Source: an uncultured Bacteroidota bacterium (GTDB lineage Bacteria > CLD3 > SB21). From it: a DNA stretch of 64,000 bases. Below, one piece after another: positions 47,200 through 58,041 of this stretch (positions are counted from its first letter, which is position 1; every line of letters begins with the position of its first letter). Made by a program: the position numbers and the translations under genes. Location of the stretch: assembly GCA_964544475.1 (NCBI GenBank), contig CAZJBS010000007.1, forward strand, positions 43,741 through 107,740, written 5' to 3'. The notes below the pieces were generated by a model. It saw only the letters and a program-made list of their open reading frames with translations. It had not been told where the DNA came from and did no database searches.

Positions 47200-48159
47200 A
47201 TGCCGATCAGACCTTCCACGTATCGCTGCGCCTGGTACCAGCGTAACGGACATCTTCAGTCCATTTGGCCCACGCTTTTCCGGCGTGTCCAAAGCCATCC
47301 GGCATCACGGATCCGTATAGACACGCCCGATGGCGATTTTTTGGATCTGGACCATTACAGGAATTCATCGCGAAAACTCGCCGTGCTTTCGCATGGTCTG
47401 GAAGGCAATTCCCGGCGCCACTACATCGTCGGCATGGCGGGAAGCTTCATGGCTAAAGGCTGGGATGTCATCGCCTGGAACAACCGGGGCTGCGGCGGCG
47501 AGCCGAATCGCAAACTGCAGTTCTATCACAGCGGCGCCACCTACGATCTGGATGCGGTCGTGCAATACGCGCTGAATACCGGATGGTATGACGAAGTCTG
47601 TCTGGTCGGATTCAGCCTCGGCGGCAATCAAACCCTCAAGTACCTCGGTGAACGACCAGACAGACTCGACGCCCGCATCAAACGTGCCGTTGTTTTTTCA
47701 GTCCCATGTGACCTGGCCGCCAGCGCGCGACGCATGGCCCTCTGGTACAACCGACCCTACATGAAACGTTTTCTCGACATGCTCCACGAAAAAATCCGGA
47801 TCAAAATGCAGATGTTCCCTGGCCAGATTGACGACGACCATTACGAATTGATCCGGGATTTCGAGGCGTTTGACAACCGATACACCGCCCCTTTGCACGG
47901 TTTCAGGGATGCCGTCGACTACTGGACCCGCAACAGCTCGAAACCGTTTCTGCCGCACGTCCGGGTTCCCACCCTGATGGTCAGCGCACTGGATGATCCC
48001 TTTCTGACGCGTGAGTGTTTCCCGATCGCAGAGGCTGAAGCCAACGCCTGCTTGTATCTGGAGACGCCGAAACATGGGGGCCATGTCGGATTTATCCATG
48101 GAAACCAGGGACCCTACTGGTCGGAACAGCGCGCGGTGGCTTTCGCAGAAGAATCCTGA
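47200..48159 (+). CDS. Alpha/beta-hydrolase (YheT-like)
   Basis: ATG at 47200 has GGAG upstream. The nucleophile elbow is GFSLGGN. Confidence 0.75.
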   Translation: MPIRPSTYRCAWYQRNGHLQSIWPTLFRRVQSHPASRIRIDTPDGDFLDLDHYRNSSRKLAVLSHGLEGNSRRHYIVGMAGSFMAKGWDVIAWNNRGCGGEPNRKLQFYHSGATYDLDAVVQYALNTGWYDEVCLVGFSLGGNQTLKYLGERPDRLDARIKRAVVFSVPCDLAASARRMALWYNRPYMKRFLDMLHEKIRIKMQMFPGQIDDDHYELIRDFEAFDNRYTAPLHGFRDAVDYWTRNSSKPFLPHVRVPTLMVSALDDPFLTRECFPIAEAEANACLYLETPKHGGHVGFIHGNQGPYWSEQRAVAFAEES

Positions 48160-48171
48160 CCGGAGGTGGCG

Positions 48172-48630
48172 TCAGTTGGAATGAAAGATGGGAATGGCCG
48201 AGCCCTCAACGGGTTTCGGTTTCGCGCCAAGCAGATCCTGCAGCGTGACGTTGGCGAGTGCCCGGTCCACGGCCTTTTGCACGTTTTCCCACAATCCACG
48301 AACGTTGCAGCTGGAGACCGTGTGCGAACACACCTGGTCCGGACCGGAATGTTTTTCACAAAAATCCGACGTGTACAAACGTCCCCCAAGTACGGCCAGC
48401 ACTTCACCCACCAGAATCCGTTCGGCCGGTCTCGCCAGCCGATAACCGCCGTCCTGCCCGCGCAGGCTCTCGACAAATCCGCCCAGCCGTAGGATACGCA
48501 TCAGTTTCCCGACGTTGGCTTGCGAAAGATTTTCCAACTGGCTGATCTGCGGTATGGTCAGTCCGTCCTCGTGCCTCCCGATCTGCACCAGACAACGCAA
48601 CCCGTATTCTTCCTGGGTACTGAATTTCAT
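48172..48630 (-). CDS. Rrf2-family transcriptional regulator (terminal gene of suf operon)
   Basis: ATG at 48630 gives MKFSTQEEYGLRCLVQIGRHEDG..., an Rrf2 HTH. Cys residues CEKHSGPDQVC...C are candidates for cluster ligands. Confidence 0.8.
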   Translation of the reverse strand: MKFSTQEEYGLRCLVQIGRHEDGLTIPQISQLENLSQANVGKLMRILRLGGFVESLRGQDGGYRLARPAERILVGEVLAVLGGRLYTSDFCEKHSGPDQVCSHTVSSCNVRGLWENVQKAVDRALANVTLQDLLGAKPKPVEGSAIPIFHSN

Positions 48631-48632
48631 GC

Positions 48633-48953
48633 CTACACCATCCCGAGTTCCAAACGGGCCGCTTCCGACATCATGGACGGATTCCACGGGGGTTCCCACA
48701 CGACATCCACCTTGACCGAGGTCACGCCCCGGACGGTCCGCACTTTGCGGTCCACGTCCACCGGCAACGACTCGGCGACGGGACACATCGGCGAAGTCAG
48801 CGTCATCTTGATATAGGCGTCGCCGTTGTCGGCCCTGACTTCGTAGATGAGACCCATCTCGTAAATGTTCACCGGAATTTCCGGATCATAGCACGTCCTC
48901 AGCACGTCGATGATGCGTTCCTCGATGGTCAGGTTGTTCTGGATTTCATTCAT
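48633..48953 (-). CDS. sufT: SufT/DUF59 (MIP18-family) Fe-S assembly protein
   Basis: ATG at 48953 has GGAG upstream. It gives MNEIQNNLTIEERIIDVLRTCYDPEIPVNIYEMGLIY...TSPMCP. Confidence 0.7.
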   Translation of the reverse strand: MNEIQNNLTIEERIIDVLRTCYDPEIPVNIYEMGLIYEVRADNGDAYIKMTLTSPMCPVAESLPVDVDRKVRTVRGVTSVKVDVVWEPPWNPSMMSEAARLELGMV

Positions 48954-48955
48954 GG

Positions 48956-49408
48956 TCACTCCGTGGAAACGGTTTCGTCTTTGCGGTCGATCGCCGCCCG
49001 CAACGTGTGCCAGGCCAGACTCGCGCATTTCACGCGGGCTGGAAATTCCCTCACTCCGGAAAACACCGCCAGTTTGCCCAGTTCTTCCGTGGCGACTTCC
49101 TGGTCCATCGGCGCCGTTACGAGATCATGGAATTTCTCAAACAGCCGGTCGGCCTCTTCCACGGTCTTTCCTTTCAGCAGCGTGGTCATCAGGGACGCCG
49201 ACGACTTCGAAATCGCGCAGCCGTTGCCTTCGAAACTGATGTCCGTGATGACGCCGTCTTCGAGCTTCAGATAAAGGTGAAGATGGTCGCCGCAGAGCGG
49301 ATTGAATCCTTCCTGCGAACACGTGGCGAGTTCGAGTTTCTTGAAATTCCTTGGATTCTTGTTGTGATCCAGGATGATTTCCTGATAGAGTTCACGCAGA
49401 TCGGACAT
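48956..49408 (-). CDS. sufU: SufU/IscU-like Fe-S scaffold or sulfur-transfer protein
   Basis: Contains NPLCGDHLHL, GNGCAISKSS and VKCASLAWH, which are the SufU Cys ligands. Confidence 0.8.
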   Translation of the reverse strand: MSDLRELYQEIILDHNKNPRNFKKLELATCSQEGFNPLCGDHLHLYLKLEDGVITDISFEGNGCAISKSSASLMTTLLKGKTVEEADRLFEKFHDLVTAPMDQEVATEELGKLAVFSGVREFPARVKCASLAWHTLRAAIDRKDETVSTE

Positions 49409-50676
49409 CAGCTGAATACCTTCATGACGTGGTGAATAGCTTTGGCCAATTCGTCGATTTCTTCCTTGGTATTATAGAAGGCCAGGGAAGCGCGTGAGGT
49501 CGCCGGCACTCCGAAGAACTGCATCACGGGTTGTGTGCAATGGTGCCCGGTCCGTATGGCGATCCCTTCGAGGTCGAGAAACGTACCCACATCGTGCGGA
49601 TGCACGTTGTGCAGTGTAAAGGACAGCACGCTGGCTTTATCCCGGGCGGTGCCGATGATGCTCAGGCCTTGGATGGCGGACAGCATCTCGGTACCGTACG
49701 AAAGCAGTTCCTGTTCGTACCGCGCAATCCGTGTCACACCGACGCCTTCGACGTAGTCAATGGCCGCCCCGAGAGCGATGCCGCCGGAAATGTTCGGCGT
49801 GCCGGCTTCGAATTTGTACGGCAGGTCGTTGTAAGTTGTCTTTTCAAACGTCACACTGCGGATCATGTCACCACCGCCCTGATAAGGCGGCATCCGATCG
49901 AGCCACGCCTCTTTTCCATAAAGAACACCGACACCAGTCGGTCCGAACAGTTTGTGGCCAGAAAACGCATAAAAATCGCAATCCAATTCCTGCACGTCCA
50001 CCGGCATATGCTGAACCGCCTGTGCACCGTCCAGCATCACCGGAATGCCGCGCGCGTGGCTGGCCATAATGACGGCCTTTACAGGATTGATGGTACCGAG
50101 GGAATTCGACACGTGGACGATGGATACAAATTTTGTCCGGTCGGTCAGAAGACGGTGAAATTCGTCCATGCGCAGTTCGCCGCGCTCGTTTATCGGGATC
50201 ACCTTGAGAACCGCGCCCATCTGCCCGCACAATATCTGCCACGGCACGATGTTTGAATGGTGCTCCATGGCGGAGATGAGTATCTCGTCTCCTGCCTTGA
50301 GAAAGGTCCGTCCATAACTTTGCGCCACCAGGTTGACGGCTTCGGTGGTTCCCCGCACGAAAACAATTTCCTTTTCACTGGCCGCGCGCACGAACGCTGC
50401 GATCTTCTTGCGCGTCGCTTCATAGGCGGCGGTCGCCTGCGCGCTCAGCCGGTGCACACCCCGGTGAATATTCGAGTTTTCGGCTTCATAATAGCGATTG
50501 ATCGTATCGATCACGATTTGAGGCTTCTGGCTGGTGGCGGCATTGTCGAGATAAATCAGCGGTTTCCCGTGCACGCGTTCCTGCAATATCGGAAAATCGG
50601 CCCGGATGCGGCCGACATCCAGCGCGTCGGCTTCCGATCGGACGGCCGGCGTATGTAAGGTAACGGTGCCCATCAA
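49408..50676 (-). CDS. sufS: Cysteine desulfurase SufS (class V aminotransferase)
   Basis: The PLP Lys is in [15 protein letters not shown]. The catalytic Cys is in RTGHHCTQP. Its start overlaps the sufD stop (ATGA). Confidence 0.9.
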   Translation of the reverse strand: MMGTVTLHTPAVRSEADALDVGRIRADFPILQERVHGKPLIYLDNAATSQKPQIVIDTINRYYEAENSNIHRGVHRLSAQATAAYEATRKKIAAFVRAASEKEIVFVRGTTEAVNLVAQSYGRTFLKAGDEILISAMEHHSNIVPWQILCGQMGAVLKVIPINERGELRMDEFHRLLTDRTKFVSIVHVSNSLGTINPVKAVIMASHARGIPVMLDGAQAVQHMPVDVQELDCDFYAFSGHKLFGPTGVGVLYGKEAWLDRMPPYQGGGDMIRSVTFEKTTYNDLPYKFEAGTPNISGGIALGAAIDYVEGVGVTRIARYEQELLSYGTEMLSAIQGLSIIGTARDKASVLSFTLHNVHPHDVGTFLDLEGIAIRTGHHCTQPVMQFFGVPATSRASLAFYNTKEEIDELAKAIHHVMKVFS

Positions 50677-51974
50677 TGTTCCAGTCGCTTTTTCAAACGG
50701 TCGTCCAGTTTTTCGCGCACGGCGGGAACACCGATGCGGTCGACGATTTCGCTGGCAAAGGCATACGTCAGGATGTTGCGTGCCGCCTCCCGGCTGAGTC
50801 CTCGCGAACGCAGATAGAACATGGCTTCGTCATCCAGCCGGCCGATCGTCGCACCGTGCGTGCATTTCACGTCATCGGCAAATATCTCCAACTGCGGTTT
50901 CGTATTCACGGTTGCGTGTTCCGAAAGCAGAAGACTGTGGTTGGATTGTTTGGCGTCGGTTTTCTGCGCATCCGGACGAACCAGGATCTTTCCGTTGAAA
51001 ACGCCGGTGGACCGGCCATCGAGAATGCCTTTGTAGAGTTCATGGCTGGCGCAATGCGGTTTGGCGTGATCGATGAACGTACGGTGATCCGCGTGTTGCA
51101 TGCCCGTGGTCAGATACAAACCGTTGAGCGTGGCCTCGACGCCTTCGTCCTCCAGGACGGCGTGAATCACGTTGCGGGTGAGCCGCGCACCGAGCGTCAC
51201 GGTCGTGGCCGTCAAACGGCTGTTTCGTTCAAGTTGGGCAAACACCAAAGCCAGGTGACCGGCGTCCGTGTGCTCGTCCTGGATCTTTTGATAATGGACG
51301 ACCGCCCCGGGTCCGACCATCCATTGGGTCACCGCGTTGGTCAGATGAACACCGCCGTCCATGGTCACGTATTCCTCCGTCAGATCAACGCGGGCGCCGG
51401 ATTCGACACGAAAGATGTTGCGCGGTTGAACCAGCAGAGGTCGGTGATCCGGCACGGCGAGAAACAAACAATGCACCGGCCGGTCCATCGCGACATCTGG
51501 CGCGACATTCAAAAACAGGCCGTCCGTCAGGAACGCGTTATTCATCTGGGCAAAAATATTATCATTCGAAACCGGCAGGCGTTCGGCCAGCGCACGAACG
51601 GCGTCCGGTTCCTTTCGGCCCATGTCGGCAAGGCCGGTCATCGTGACGCCAGGCGGCAGCCCGGCGAGATCGCTCAACGCGGGCGACCATTGTCCGTTGA
51701 CAAAGACCAGACGATAGGCCGCCAAATCTCTCCAGAAATGGACTTCGGGGCGCGGCGGATCGATCGGGCGATAAGATTCGAAAGGCAGCAACATGGGCTC
51801 GACGCTCGTGTATTTCCATTCCTCAAAGCGCGTCGTCGGCCACGGCATCGTGCGGAATTTTTCAAACGCTGAACGCCGCAGATGATGGAGCGGCGACCGG
51901 CTCTCTCCGTTCAGACCTTTTTCAAGCAACGCGAATTGCGAATGGTAATGATGGGTCAGATGCTGTGTGTCCAC
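50673..51974 (-). CDS. sufD: Fe-S cluster assembly protein SufD
   Basis: Likely GTG start at 51974, preceded by GGAG 7 nt upstream and directly after the sufC TAA. It has the SufBD beta-helix fold. Confidence 0.8.
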   Translation of the reverse strand: MDTQHLTHHYHSQFALLEKGLNGESRSPLHHLRRSAFEKFRTMPWPTTRFEEWKYTSVEPMLLPFESYRPIDPPRPEVHFWRDLAAYRLVFVNGQWSPALSDLAGLPPGVTMTGLADMGRKEPDAVRALAERLPVSNDNIFAQMNNAFLTDGLFLNVAPDVAMDRPVHCLFLAVPDHRPLLVQPRNIFRVESGARVDLTEEYVTMDGGVHLTNAVTQWMVGPGAVVHYQKIQDEHTDAGHLALVFAQLERNSRLTATTVTLGARLTRNVIHAVLEDEGVEATLNGLYLTTGMQHADHRTFIDHAKPHCASHELYKGILDGRSTGVFNGKILVRPDAQKTDAKQSNHSLLLSEHATVNTKPQLEIFADDVKCTHGATIGRLDDEAMFYLRSRGLSREAARNILTYAFASEIVDRIGVPAVREKLDDRLKKRLEH

Positions 51975-51984
51975 GATGGGCTCC

Positions 51985-52737
51985 TTAGACCGCCACGGTT
52001 TCTTTGGTCCAGTCGTAACCCTTTTCTTCGAGTTCCAAAGCCAGGTCCTTGCCGCCGGACTTGACGATTCTCCCGTCGACCAGCACGTGCACAAAATCCG
52101 GCACGATGTAATTGAGCAGTCTCTGGTAATGGGTCACGACGATGACGGCGTTGTCTTTCGAACGCAGCGTGTTGACGCCATTCGCGACGATGCGAAGGGC
52201 GTCGATATCGAGACCGGAATCCGTTTCATCGAGAATGGCCAGCTTCGGATTGAGAACGGCCATCTGGAATATTTCGTTGCGTTTTTTTTCACCGCCGGAA
52301 AAACCCTCGTTGACGGCGCGTTTGAGCAGGTCCTCGTCCATTTCAACCAACCTGACTTTTTCGCGCACGAGTTTCAGAAAATCCATGGCGTCCTGTTCTT
52401 CTTCGCCGCGGTATTTCCGGATGGCGTTGTAAGCGGTGCGGAGAAAGTACGTGTTGTTGACACCGGGAATTTCGACCGGATACTGGAACGCCAGAAACAC
52501 GCCTTCGCAGGCGCGTACATCGGCGTCCATTTCCAGGAGATCTTTGCCCCCGAATGTCACCGTACCGGCGGTCACGTCGTATTCTTCGCGGCCGGCAAGG
52601 ACATTGGCCAGCGTACTCTTGCCGGAGCCGTTGGGTCCCATGATGGCGTGAACTTCCCCGGCTTTGACCGACAGGTTGATCCCGTTAAGGATTTCGTGAC
52701 CGTCAATGGATGCGTGCAGGTTCTTGATGTCGAGCAT
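51985..52737 (-). CDS. sufC: Fe-S cluster assembly ATPase SufC
   Basis: ATG at 52737 (MLDIKNLHASIDG). Walker A GPNGSGKST is present. The ABC signature is FSGGEKKR. Walker B is LAILDETDSGLD. Confidence 0.9.
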   Translation of the reverse strand: MLDIKNLHASIDGHEILNGINLSVKAGEVHAIMGPNGSGKSTLANVLAGREEYDVTAGTVTFGGKDLLEMDADVRACEGVFLAFQYPVEIPGVNNTYFLRTAYNAIRKYRGEEEQDAMDFLKLVREKVRLVEMDEDLLKRAVNEGFSGGEKKRNEIFQMAVLNPKLAILDETDSGLDIDALRIVANGVNTLRSKDNAVIVVTHYQRLLNYIVPDFVHVLVDGRIVKSGGKDLALELEEKGYDWTKETVAV

Positions 52738-52771
52738 GAATGCCTCTGTTTGTTTTTCTTTGGTCCGTCGT

Positions 52772-54217
52772 TTATCCCACACTGCCTTCGAGACTGACGC
52801 TCAGCAGTTTTTGCGCTTCAACGGCAAATTCCATGGGCAGTTCCTTGAACACTTCCTTGCAAAAACCGTTGACGATCATATTCACCGCGTCCTCTTTGGA
52901 AATGCCACGCTGGTTGCAGTAAAAAATCTGATCCTCGCCTATTTTTGACGTCGTGGCTTCGTGTTCCACCTGCGCGCTGGGGTTTTTCACTTCGATATAC
53001 GGAAACGTGTGGGCGCCGCACCGGTCGCCGATCAGCAACGAGTCGCATTGTGAAAAATTGCGCCCGTTTTGCGCGCCTTTCATCATCTTGACCAGGCCGC
53101 GATACGTGTTCTGTCCGACGCCGGCTGAAATGCCTTTGGATACGATCGTGGATTTCGTGTTCCGGCCGATGTGAATCATCTTAGTCCCTGTATCGGCCTG
53201 CTGGTGATGCGCCGTGAGCGCCACCGAATAGAATTCACCCACCGAGTGGTCGCCCTGGAGGATACAGCTTGGATACTTCCACGTGATGGCCGAACCCGTT
53301 TCGACCTGGGTCCATGAGATTTTGCTGTGCGCACCGGCGCATTTGCCCCGTTTGGTCACAAAGTTATAGATGCCGCCTTTGCCGTCCTTGTCGCCCGGGT
53401 ACCAATTCTGGATGGTCGAGTATTTGATCTGGGCGTGGTCCATGGCCACCAATTCGACGACGGCCGCATGAAGCTGGTTTTCGTCGCGCATCGGAGCGGT
53501 GCAGCCTTCGAGATAGCTGACATAGGCTCCTTCGTCGGCCACGATCAGCGTTCGTTCAAATTGTCCCGTGTTCGCGGCATTGATTCGGAAATACGTGGAC
53601 AATTCCATCGGGCAACGTACGCCTTTCGGCACGTACACAAAGGAACCGTCGGAAAAGACGGCGGCGTTCAGCGCGGCGAAGTAGTTGTCGGTATGGGGTA
53701 CGACGGAACCCAGATATTTCTGGATCAGATCGGGGTGTTCTTTCACGGCCTCGGAGAATGAACAAAAAATAATCCCCAGTTCGTTGAGTTTGGCCTTAAA
53801 CGTCGTGGCGACCGACACGCTGTCGAAAACCGCGTCCACGGCCACACCGGCAAAGATCTCCTGCTCACGCAGCGGAATGCCGAGCTTGTCGTAGGTCTTG
53901 AGCAATTCCGGATCCACTTCGCTCAGGCTGTTGAGCTTCTTCGGTTGTTTGGGAGCGGAATAGTAGATGATGTCCTGATAGTCAATCTTCGGGAAGTGCA
54001 CATTCTGCCATTCGGGCTCGGTCATTTCCTGCCAGCGACGAAAGGCGTTCAGGCGCCACTCCAGCAGAAAGGCGGGCTCGTTCTTTTTGGCCGAAATGAA
54101 CCGGATGATGTCTTCATTCAGCCCTTTCGGCGCAGTATCGGCTTCGATGTCGGTGACGAATCCGTACTTATACTCCCTGCCGGCAAGTTTCTCAATGATC
54201 TTTACGTCCGTACTCAT
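52772..54217 (-). CDS. sufB: Fe-S cluster assembly protein SufB
   Basis: 481 aa beginning [25 protein letters not shown]. Confidence 0.9.
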   Translation of the reverse strand: MSTDVKIIEKLAGREYKYGFVTDIEADTAPKGLNEDIIRFISAKKNEPAFLLEWRLNAFRRWQEMTEPEWQNVHFPKIDYQDIIYYSAPKQPKKLNSLSEVDPELLKTYDKLGIPLREQEIFAGVAVDAVFDSVSVATTFKAKLNELGIIFCSFSEAVKEHPDLIQKYLGSVVPHTDNYFAALNAAVFSDGSFVYVPKGVRCPMELSTYFRINAANTGQFERTLIVADEGAYVSYLEGCTAPMRDENQLHAAVVELVAMDHAQIKYSTIQNWYPGDKDGKGGIYNFVTKRGKCAGAHSKISWTQVETGSAITWKYPSCILQGDHSVGEFYSVALTAHHQQADTGTKMIHIGRNTKSTIVSKGISAGVGQNTYRGLVKMMKGAQNGRNFSQCDSLLIGDRCGAHTFPYIEVKNPSAQVEHEATTSKIGEDQIFYCNQRGISKEDAVNMIVNGFCKEVFKELPMEFAVEAQKLLSVSLEGSVG

Positions 54218-54474
54218 CTAATCTCGGTCGACAAGTTAAGTTCATAATAAATAACGCGCATCATCATCCACGTGCCAAAACTACCTATTCTTAACTAAAA
54301 AGTCAAGATTAATGAAATATGTTGTAAATCAAGCTGATTCAATGGAAGATTGCCGAGTAGCAGCTCGCTTACGGACGGTCCGTTTCGGCAGAAGTACTCC
54401 GCGAACAGTCGGTTTCCGTACGCGGAAAGCCGGTTTTTATTTGTATGTGCTGGGTTTTGCGCGGAGTGAATTTC

Positions 54475-55512
54475 TCAAAAATATTTTTTCTTGAACCATA
54501 ACGCCACGTCCACGAGCAGGATCAAGACCGGAACTTCGACCAATGGCCCGATTACGGTCGCAAAAGCGACCTGCGAATTGATTCCAAAAACGGCTACGGC
54601 GACCGCGATGGCCAATTCAAAGTCATTGCTTCCGGCTGTAAAGGCCACGGTCGTGGAGTTTTCGTACGAACTGCCCATTTTCTTTGCGGCGTAAAAAGTC
54701 ACAAAGAACATCACGGCAAAATACAATGTGTAAGGGATAGCTACCCGGATCACATCCATCGGCAATTCAACGATTTTCTCGCCTTTTAGCGAGAACATGA
54801 CGAATATCGTAAAAAGTAACGCCACAGGCGTTATTGGGGAAATCTTCGGAACGAAATTTTCATGATACCATGTTTTGTCCTTAATTTGGAGCAACAAGAT
54901 TCTGGTGATCATACCCGCCGCAAAAGGGATCCCAAGATAGATCAATACCGTTAAAGCAATTTCTGAGATGGATACTTCAACTAACGCCCCGTGCAGGCCG
55001 AATAGAGGCGGCAGGAGCGTAATGAAGACGTAAGCATAAACCGAATACAGGAATACCTGGAACAGCGCATTGAAGGCCACCAATCCGGCGGCAAGTTCCG
55101 GATCGCCTTTGGCCAGGTCATTCCATACCAGCACCATCGCAATACATCGCGCAAGGCCGACCAGTATGACGCCAATCATCAGATCGGGCTTGTCCGGCAA
55201 AAGCAGGATGGCAAACAGGAACATCACCAACGGACCGAGTATCCAATTCTGCACCAACGAAAGAAAAAGTAATTTGGTGTTTCGAAATACGATAGGCAGT
55301 TCTTCGTATTTCACTTTGGCCAATGGCGGATACATCATAAGAATAAGGCCGATGGCGATAGGGATATTCGTGGTACCTGAACTCAGCGAACCCCAATAGC
55401 CGGCAAGTACGGGAAACAGCGAACCGGCCACAACGCCCATGAACATGATGAGAAATATCCAGAGCGTCAGATAGCGGTCAAAGAATGATAATTGTTTGGA
55501 TACGGATGACAT
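54475..55512 (-). CDS. acr3: ACR3-family arsenite efflux transporter
   Basis: 345 aa, polytopic, beginning [23 protein letters not shown] as is typical for ACR3. Confidence 0.9.
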   Translation of the reverse strand: MSSVSKQLSFFDRYLTLWIFLIMFMGVVAGSLFPVLAGYWGSLSSGTTNIPIAIGLILMMYPPLAKVKYEELPIVFRNTKLLFLSLVQNWILGPLVMFLFAILLLPDKPDLMIGVILVGLARCIAMVLVWNDLAKGDPELAAGLVAFNALFQVFLYSVYAYVFITLLPPLFGLHGALVEVSISEIALTVLIYLGIPFAAGMITRILLLQIKDKTWYHENFVPKISPITPVALLFTIFVMFSLKGEKIVELPMDVIRVAIPYTLYFAVMFFVTFYAAKKMGSSYENSTTVAFTAGSNDFELAIAVAVAVFGINSQVAFATVIGPLVEVPVLILLVDVALWFKKKYF

Positions 55513-55531
55513 ATGGCGCCTCGTTCTTAGT

Positions 55532-55636
55532 TGGTCACTTTGGCCATATCGAGAAGCCAGTGTTCCAAACCATTCCTTCCAGCTTAACGCAATTGGCGCA
55601 ACCGGGCCCCAATACTTTAATCTCTAACATACTCAT
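55532..55636 (-). pseudogene. Truncated remnant of a small thioredoxin-like CxxC protein (redox-active disulfide protein 2 / Thioredoxin_3-like)
   Basis: Own translation of the arsC-acr3 spacer gives [21 protein letters not shown] then nonsense and a stop after 33 codons. The first 20 residues match the N-terminus of ~77-aa CxxC proteins commonly found in ars operons, but only ~110 nt are available. The ATG overlaps the arsC stop. Coordinates are +/-2 nt. Confidence 0.45.
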
Positions 55637-56067
55637 GGCTCCTTCTCTTGCAGTTCTTTGCGATACAGGTCGAAAAAACGCTCTTTGATCTGATCGCGGA
55701 TCTTTCGGAATTCGGAAAGAATTTCTTCTTCCGTACCAGTCGCCTCCGCCGGATCTTCAAAGCCGATATGCTGACGATGTTTTACTTTGCCTGTAAAAAC
55801 AGGACAATTCTCATTCGCATGGCCGCAGACAGTGATCACATAGTCAAATGCTTGCGAAATAAATTGATCCGTACTTTTGGGATAGTTCATGCCAAGATCG
55901 ATCCCGGCTTCCCGCATCACCTGAATAGCTTTGGGATGAACTTGTCCGGAAGGTTTCGTTCCTGCAGAATGGACTTCCAGGTTCTTGTCAAACGATTTTA
56001 GAAACCCTTCCGCCATTTGACTCCGGCAGGAATTGCCGGTGCAAAGAATCAGAATCTTCTTGAACAT
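55633..56067 (-). CDS. arsC: Arsenate reductase ArsC (LMW-PTP family)
   Basis: The P-loop CTGNSCRS is present, along with Cys in VCGHANENCP. Confidence 0.9.
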   Translation of the reverse strand: MFKKILILCTGNSCRSQMAEGFLKSFDKNLEVHSAGTKPSGQVHPKAIQVMREAGIDLGMNYPKSTDQFISQAFDYVITVCGHANENCPVFTGKVKHRQHIGFEDPAEATGTEEEILSEFRKIRDQIKERFFDLYRKELQEKEP

Positions 56068-56261
56068 CCTTTCCTCCTATTTTCAATTGCCCGGTGACAT
56101 AAACATGGGGGCATCAACAAAATGGTATCTGAATGCCCTGTATCCTGACTATTTTGTCAAAAACCCCACATACTCTCCGCCGAGTCCCGGTCTTCAGGCT
56201 TTCGCTAAGTTGGACAAGTACAAGGAACTTTGCATCGGTGAGCAGAAAATGGCAACCCCAC

Positions 56262-56312
56262 CCGAGCCATCCTCGACGGGATGCTCAGGGTGGGGCCGCG
56301 ATCATCTCAAAA
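56262..56312 (-). terminator. Long imperfect G/C-rich hairpin downstream of the lipoprotein gene (candidate terminator)
   Basis: ccccacccgag-ccatcctcgacgggatg-ctcagggtgggg; followed on the minus strand by ttgccattttctg. It shares the outer arms CCCCACCC/GGGTGGGG with the repeats at 6043-6418. Confidence 0.35.
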
Positions 56313-56326
56313 TTTGTCTGTACGCC

Positions 56327-57997
56327 TTAGTCGAGCCTGACAAGAAATTGGCCACCCGTGATCGACTTCGTTTGCGACAGAAAACTATTGTAAGCTGTGA
56401 AACTAAACGTCCCCCTCGCAAGGCCCGTTTGACTGTCATAAAACGTCACTTCCAGAACGCCCGTATGCGTGGCATCCGTTGAATAGTATTCGAACACAGA
56501 AGCCGAGTCCCTGTAGTAATTGGCATACCCCGGGCTTCCTCCCCCGATCGGATACGTACCCACTCCGGTGAAATTGTCTGTGTTGATATGTATTTGTTCC
56601 CACGTATTCCCCATCTCCCTGTCGCCTCCCAACTCAAAATAACCTCCCGTTCCCCACGTATACCCATAGCCGTACATGTCGCACGCTTCGAAGGGCAGCC
56701 CGCCCACGAACGCCGTCATGTAGTCGTGACCGGCCGTGTCAATTTCGATGTCAAACGTTTCTTTGAATTGGTCGGAGGAGGCCATATCGGGAAAGATATT
56801 ATTCATGTGAGGATCCGGAAAGATAACGCTGTTCCACTTCCAGAATAGCTCGGATTCGCCGCATGCATTCGTAAACACCGACACCGTGTAGGCCGGCAGT
56901 TTCGTCTTGAAATCCTGAATTGGATTGGTGAAGAACTGCTTGAAACTGACTGTGAGATCCAGTCCGTCGTTGAAGTCCTCGAAAATCACCGAATTTTCGA
57001 GTCCGGTCTTGATGTCAATCAACGCATTTCGGATATCCTGAAGGTCGGTCTGGTCATTGAATTTGATGATGTCGTTGTCCTGGTTATCCGTCTCGCTTTG
57101 CAGGAAATCGACAGCTTCGACGAGGATATCCGATGCGTCCATGAGATCCGTCCGCGCCGATGGTAATTCCTGATGGCTGTTCAGCGTGAAAAATGAGGTG
57201 CCTGGTTGGAGCGCCGCTACGATCCCGTCCGCCGTGTAATCGTCGACATCGAAGTCGTATGCGTTGAATACTCTCAGCGTCGCCCGCAGACTCAGCAAGC
57301 CTCCGTGAAACGCCTTGACTTCGGTCATGTCGAGTTCGCGGGGATCGCGGTCATAATTGCCCTGCATTTGCGGCGTCACGGTGTAGGTGAACGTGGGCGT
57401 TTGTTCCACGACTTCCAGCCGCCCGATGGCGTACGTGACAGCCGGCATCAGTTTGTCCTGGATCAGGGCCTGGACCTCGCTCATGAGCGGCGGATTGCCA
57501 AGGGCGACCTTTGGGATGGCCCTGTATTCACGAACGACCATCAAGGGATCGACACCCCTCAGGGTGGGCGTGAACGGCGATACTCCAACGTCCAGCATTT
57601 TCCGGTCGGATTTTTTCAACGCTCCCGTCAATCGGCCTCTGCCCCAGAAATCCGCGGTGTCGAAATAGTTTTCAAAATCATCGCGCATGTTTCTGATTTC
57701 CTGGTCGACATTCAGTTTCATGATTTCCGTGATCGCGGCGCCCAAATGCGCGGACGTAATGGTCGGATCCGCCGCGATCGTCTCGCGGTAAAGGCGATTC
57801 GGCGTCGTGAAATCGATCCCATCCAGATCGGACGGTTCCGAGGCGTTCATGAATTGGTACATGGCCACGGCCATGGCCGAATCGGCTTCCCGGATACGAT
57901 TGTGATCGTTGGTTGCGGTGTCTTCGCAACTCGCCACCGCCAATGTGAGAAGCAAAATCACCAACCAACCGCCGACTTGTCTTTTTTGATTTTTCAT
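56327..57997 (-). CDS. Hypothetical lipoprotein (~556 aa)
   Basis: ATG at 57997 has AAGGAG upstream. It gives MKNQKRQVGGWLVILLLTLAVASCED (lipobox). The remainder is rich in D/N/T/Y/G and has no recognisable domain. Confidence 0.55.
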   Translation of the reverse strand: MKNQKRQVGGWLVILLLTLAVASCEDTATNDHNRIREADSAMAVAMYQFMNASEPSDLDGIDFTTPNRLYRETIAADPTITSAHLGAAITEIMKLNVDQEIRNMRDDFENYFDTADFWGRGRLTGALKKSDRKMLDVGVSPFTPTLRGVDPLMVVREYRAIPKVALGNPPLMSEVQALIQDKLMPAVTYAIGRLEVVEQTPTFTYTVTPQMQGNYDRDPRELDMTEVKAFHGGLLSLRATLRVFNAYDFDVDDYTADGIVAALQPGTSFFTLNSHQELPSARTDLMDASDILVEAVDFLQSETDNQDNDIIKFNDQTDLQDIRNALIDIKTGLENSVIFEDFNDGLDLTVSFKQFFTNPIQDFKTKLPAYTVSVFTNACGESELFWKWNSVIFPDPHMNNIFPDMASSDQFKETFDIEIDTAGHDYMTAFVGGLPFEACDMYGYGYTWGTGGYFELGGDREMGNTWEQIHINTDNFTGVGTYPIGGGSPGYANYYRDSASVFEYYSTDATHTGVLEVTFYDSQTGLARGTFSFTAYNSFLSQTKSITGGQFLVRLD

Positions 57998-58041
57998 TTT
58001 CAAAACTCCTTCGTTGGTTAACATGCAAACGAAACACGAAA

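Noticed and set aside
55510-55640. Possibility that the thioredoxin-like fragment is an N-terminal fusion to ACR3
   Set aside because: The ACR3 reading frame upstream of its ATG has stops (TGA, TAG) near the fragment start and contains no start codon. The fragment is in a different frame and hits TGA after 33 codons.
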